DNA from: Anolis carolinensis
Taxonomy: Eukaryota
Reading direction: 5' to 3'
Assembly (NCBI RefSeq): GCF_035594765.1
Contig: NC_085844.1
Location: 188,682,107-188,746,106 of the forward strand
DNA length: 64,000 nucleotides
Both the position numbers and the translations under genes were made by a program. This document shows positions 63,418 to 64,000 of the stretch, piece after piece. Below the pieces are notes generated by a model. It searched no databases, had not been told where the DNA came from, and worked only from the letters and a program-made list of their open reading frames with translations. Positions within the stretch are counted from its first letter, which is position 1, and each line of letters begins with the position of its first letter.

Positions 63418-64000
63418 CTGCAGAAAGAGAAGATTAAGAATACTGTTGAAATTCTTTGGTGATTTTCATAGTCAATCATCTTCATTAGGCAATGTACATC
63501 TAGGAGGATCATTTCTAAAAAAAGAAAAAAAAGCAATCCAAACATTTTCTGTGCCTCAACAGCTTTATGAAAGAATGCTACTAGATGTCCAAATGGTTGC
63601 CTAGGATCTTCAAAAAACTGAACAATTTTTCACAGAACTTGCTAGTAGTCAGAAACATCTGTTATCACATAAAAATGGGGATTAACCAAACACTTGGGTC
63701 CAGTAGCTACCTAAATGGGCCATTTGCCAGGCAGGGATGAGAAATCTTTGGCTCAGCAGGACCTTTGGACTGGAGCTCTCACAATCCTGTCATTGGTGGT
63801 GATTGCTTAGGTATTTGGAAACTGAAATCTTGAATATCTGCAGACCTAAATATTTGCTGCCACTGCTTTAGCAAAAAGAGCAGAGAAGGCACAGCAACCA
63901 CATCACAACAATGTATTGTCTAGTCTTGTTTTCTAGTACAGCACCTGTCTTCTTTCATGGCACATAACAAAATAAATTTTACTTACTATAAACTACCAAA

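Overview
Eukaryotic (vertebrate) genomic DNA. The repeat complement (Sauria SINEs, CR1, L2, RTE, Vingi, R4/Dong, Penelope, Helitron, hAT/Tc1-mariner/Harbinger MITEs) points to a squamate reptile, most likely an Anolis lizard. The window holds the 3' end of EPS8L3 (+ strand; SH3 and C-terminal SAM-like exons) followed by a tandem array of Mu-class glutathione S-transferase genes, all on the - strand. Coding exons 1-7 have the canonical GSTM sizes (36/76/65/82/101/96/111 nt) and exon 8 has 96 coding nt. GSTM-A (GSTM3-like), -B and -C are intact 220-aa genes. GSTM-D has intact exon frames but a dead intron-1 donor, a dead intron-3 acceptor and a promoter deletion (young pseudogene). GSTM-E is present as exons 4-8 only, and there is a relic 3' end of a sixth copy. 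The most unusual non-genic structure is a 2.2-kb non-autonomous Helitron. It carries a tandem array of ~240-bp Penelope-derived, hammerhead-ribozyme-motif units whose changes fall almost entirely on G (G>C/G>A) of one strand in the segments aligned by hand. No prokaryote-type system (CRISPR, operons) is present; most short ORFs in the track are repeat-derived or spurious. Repeat family names are from recognition, not database searches.
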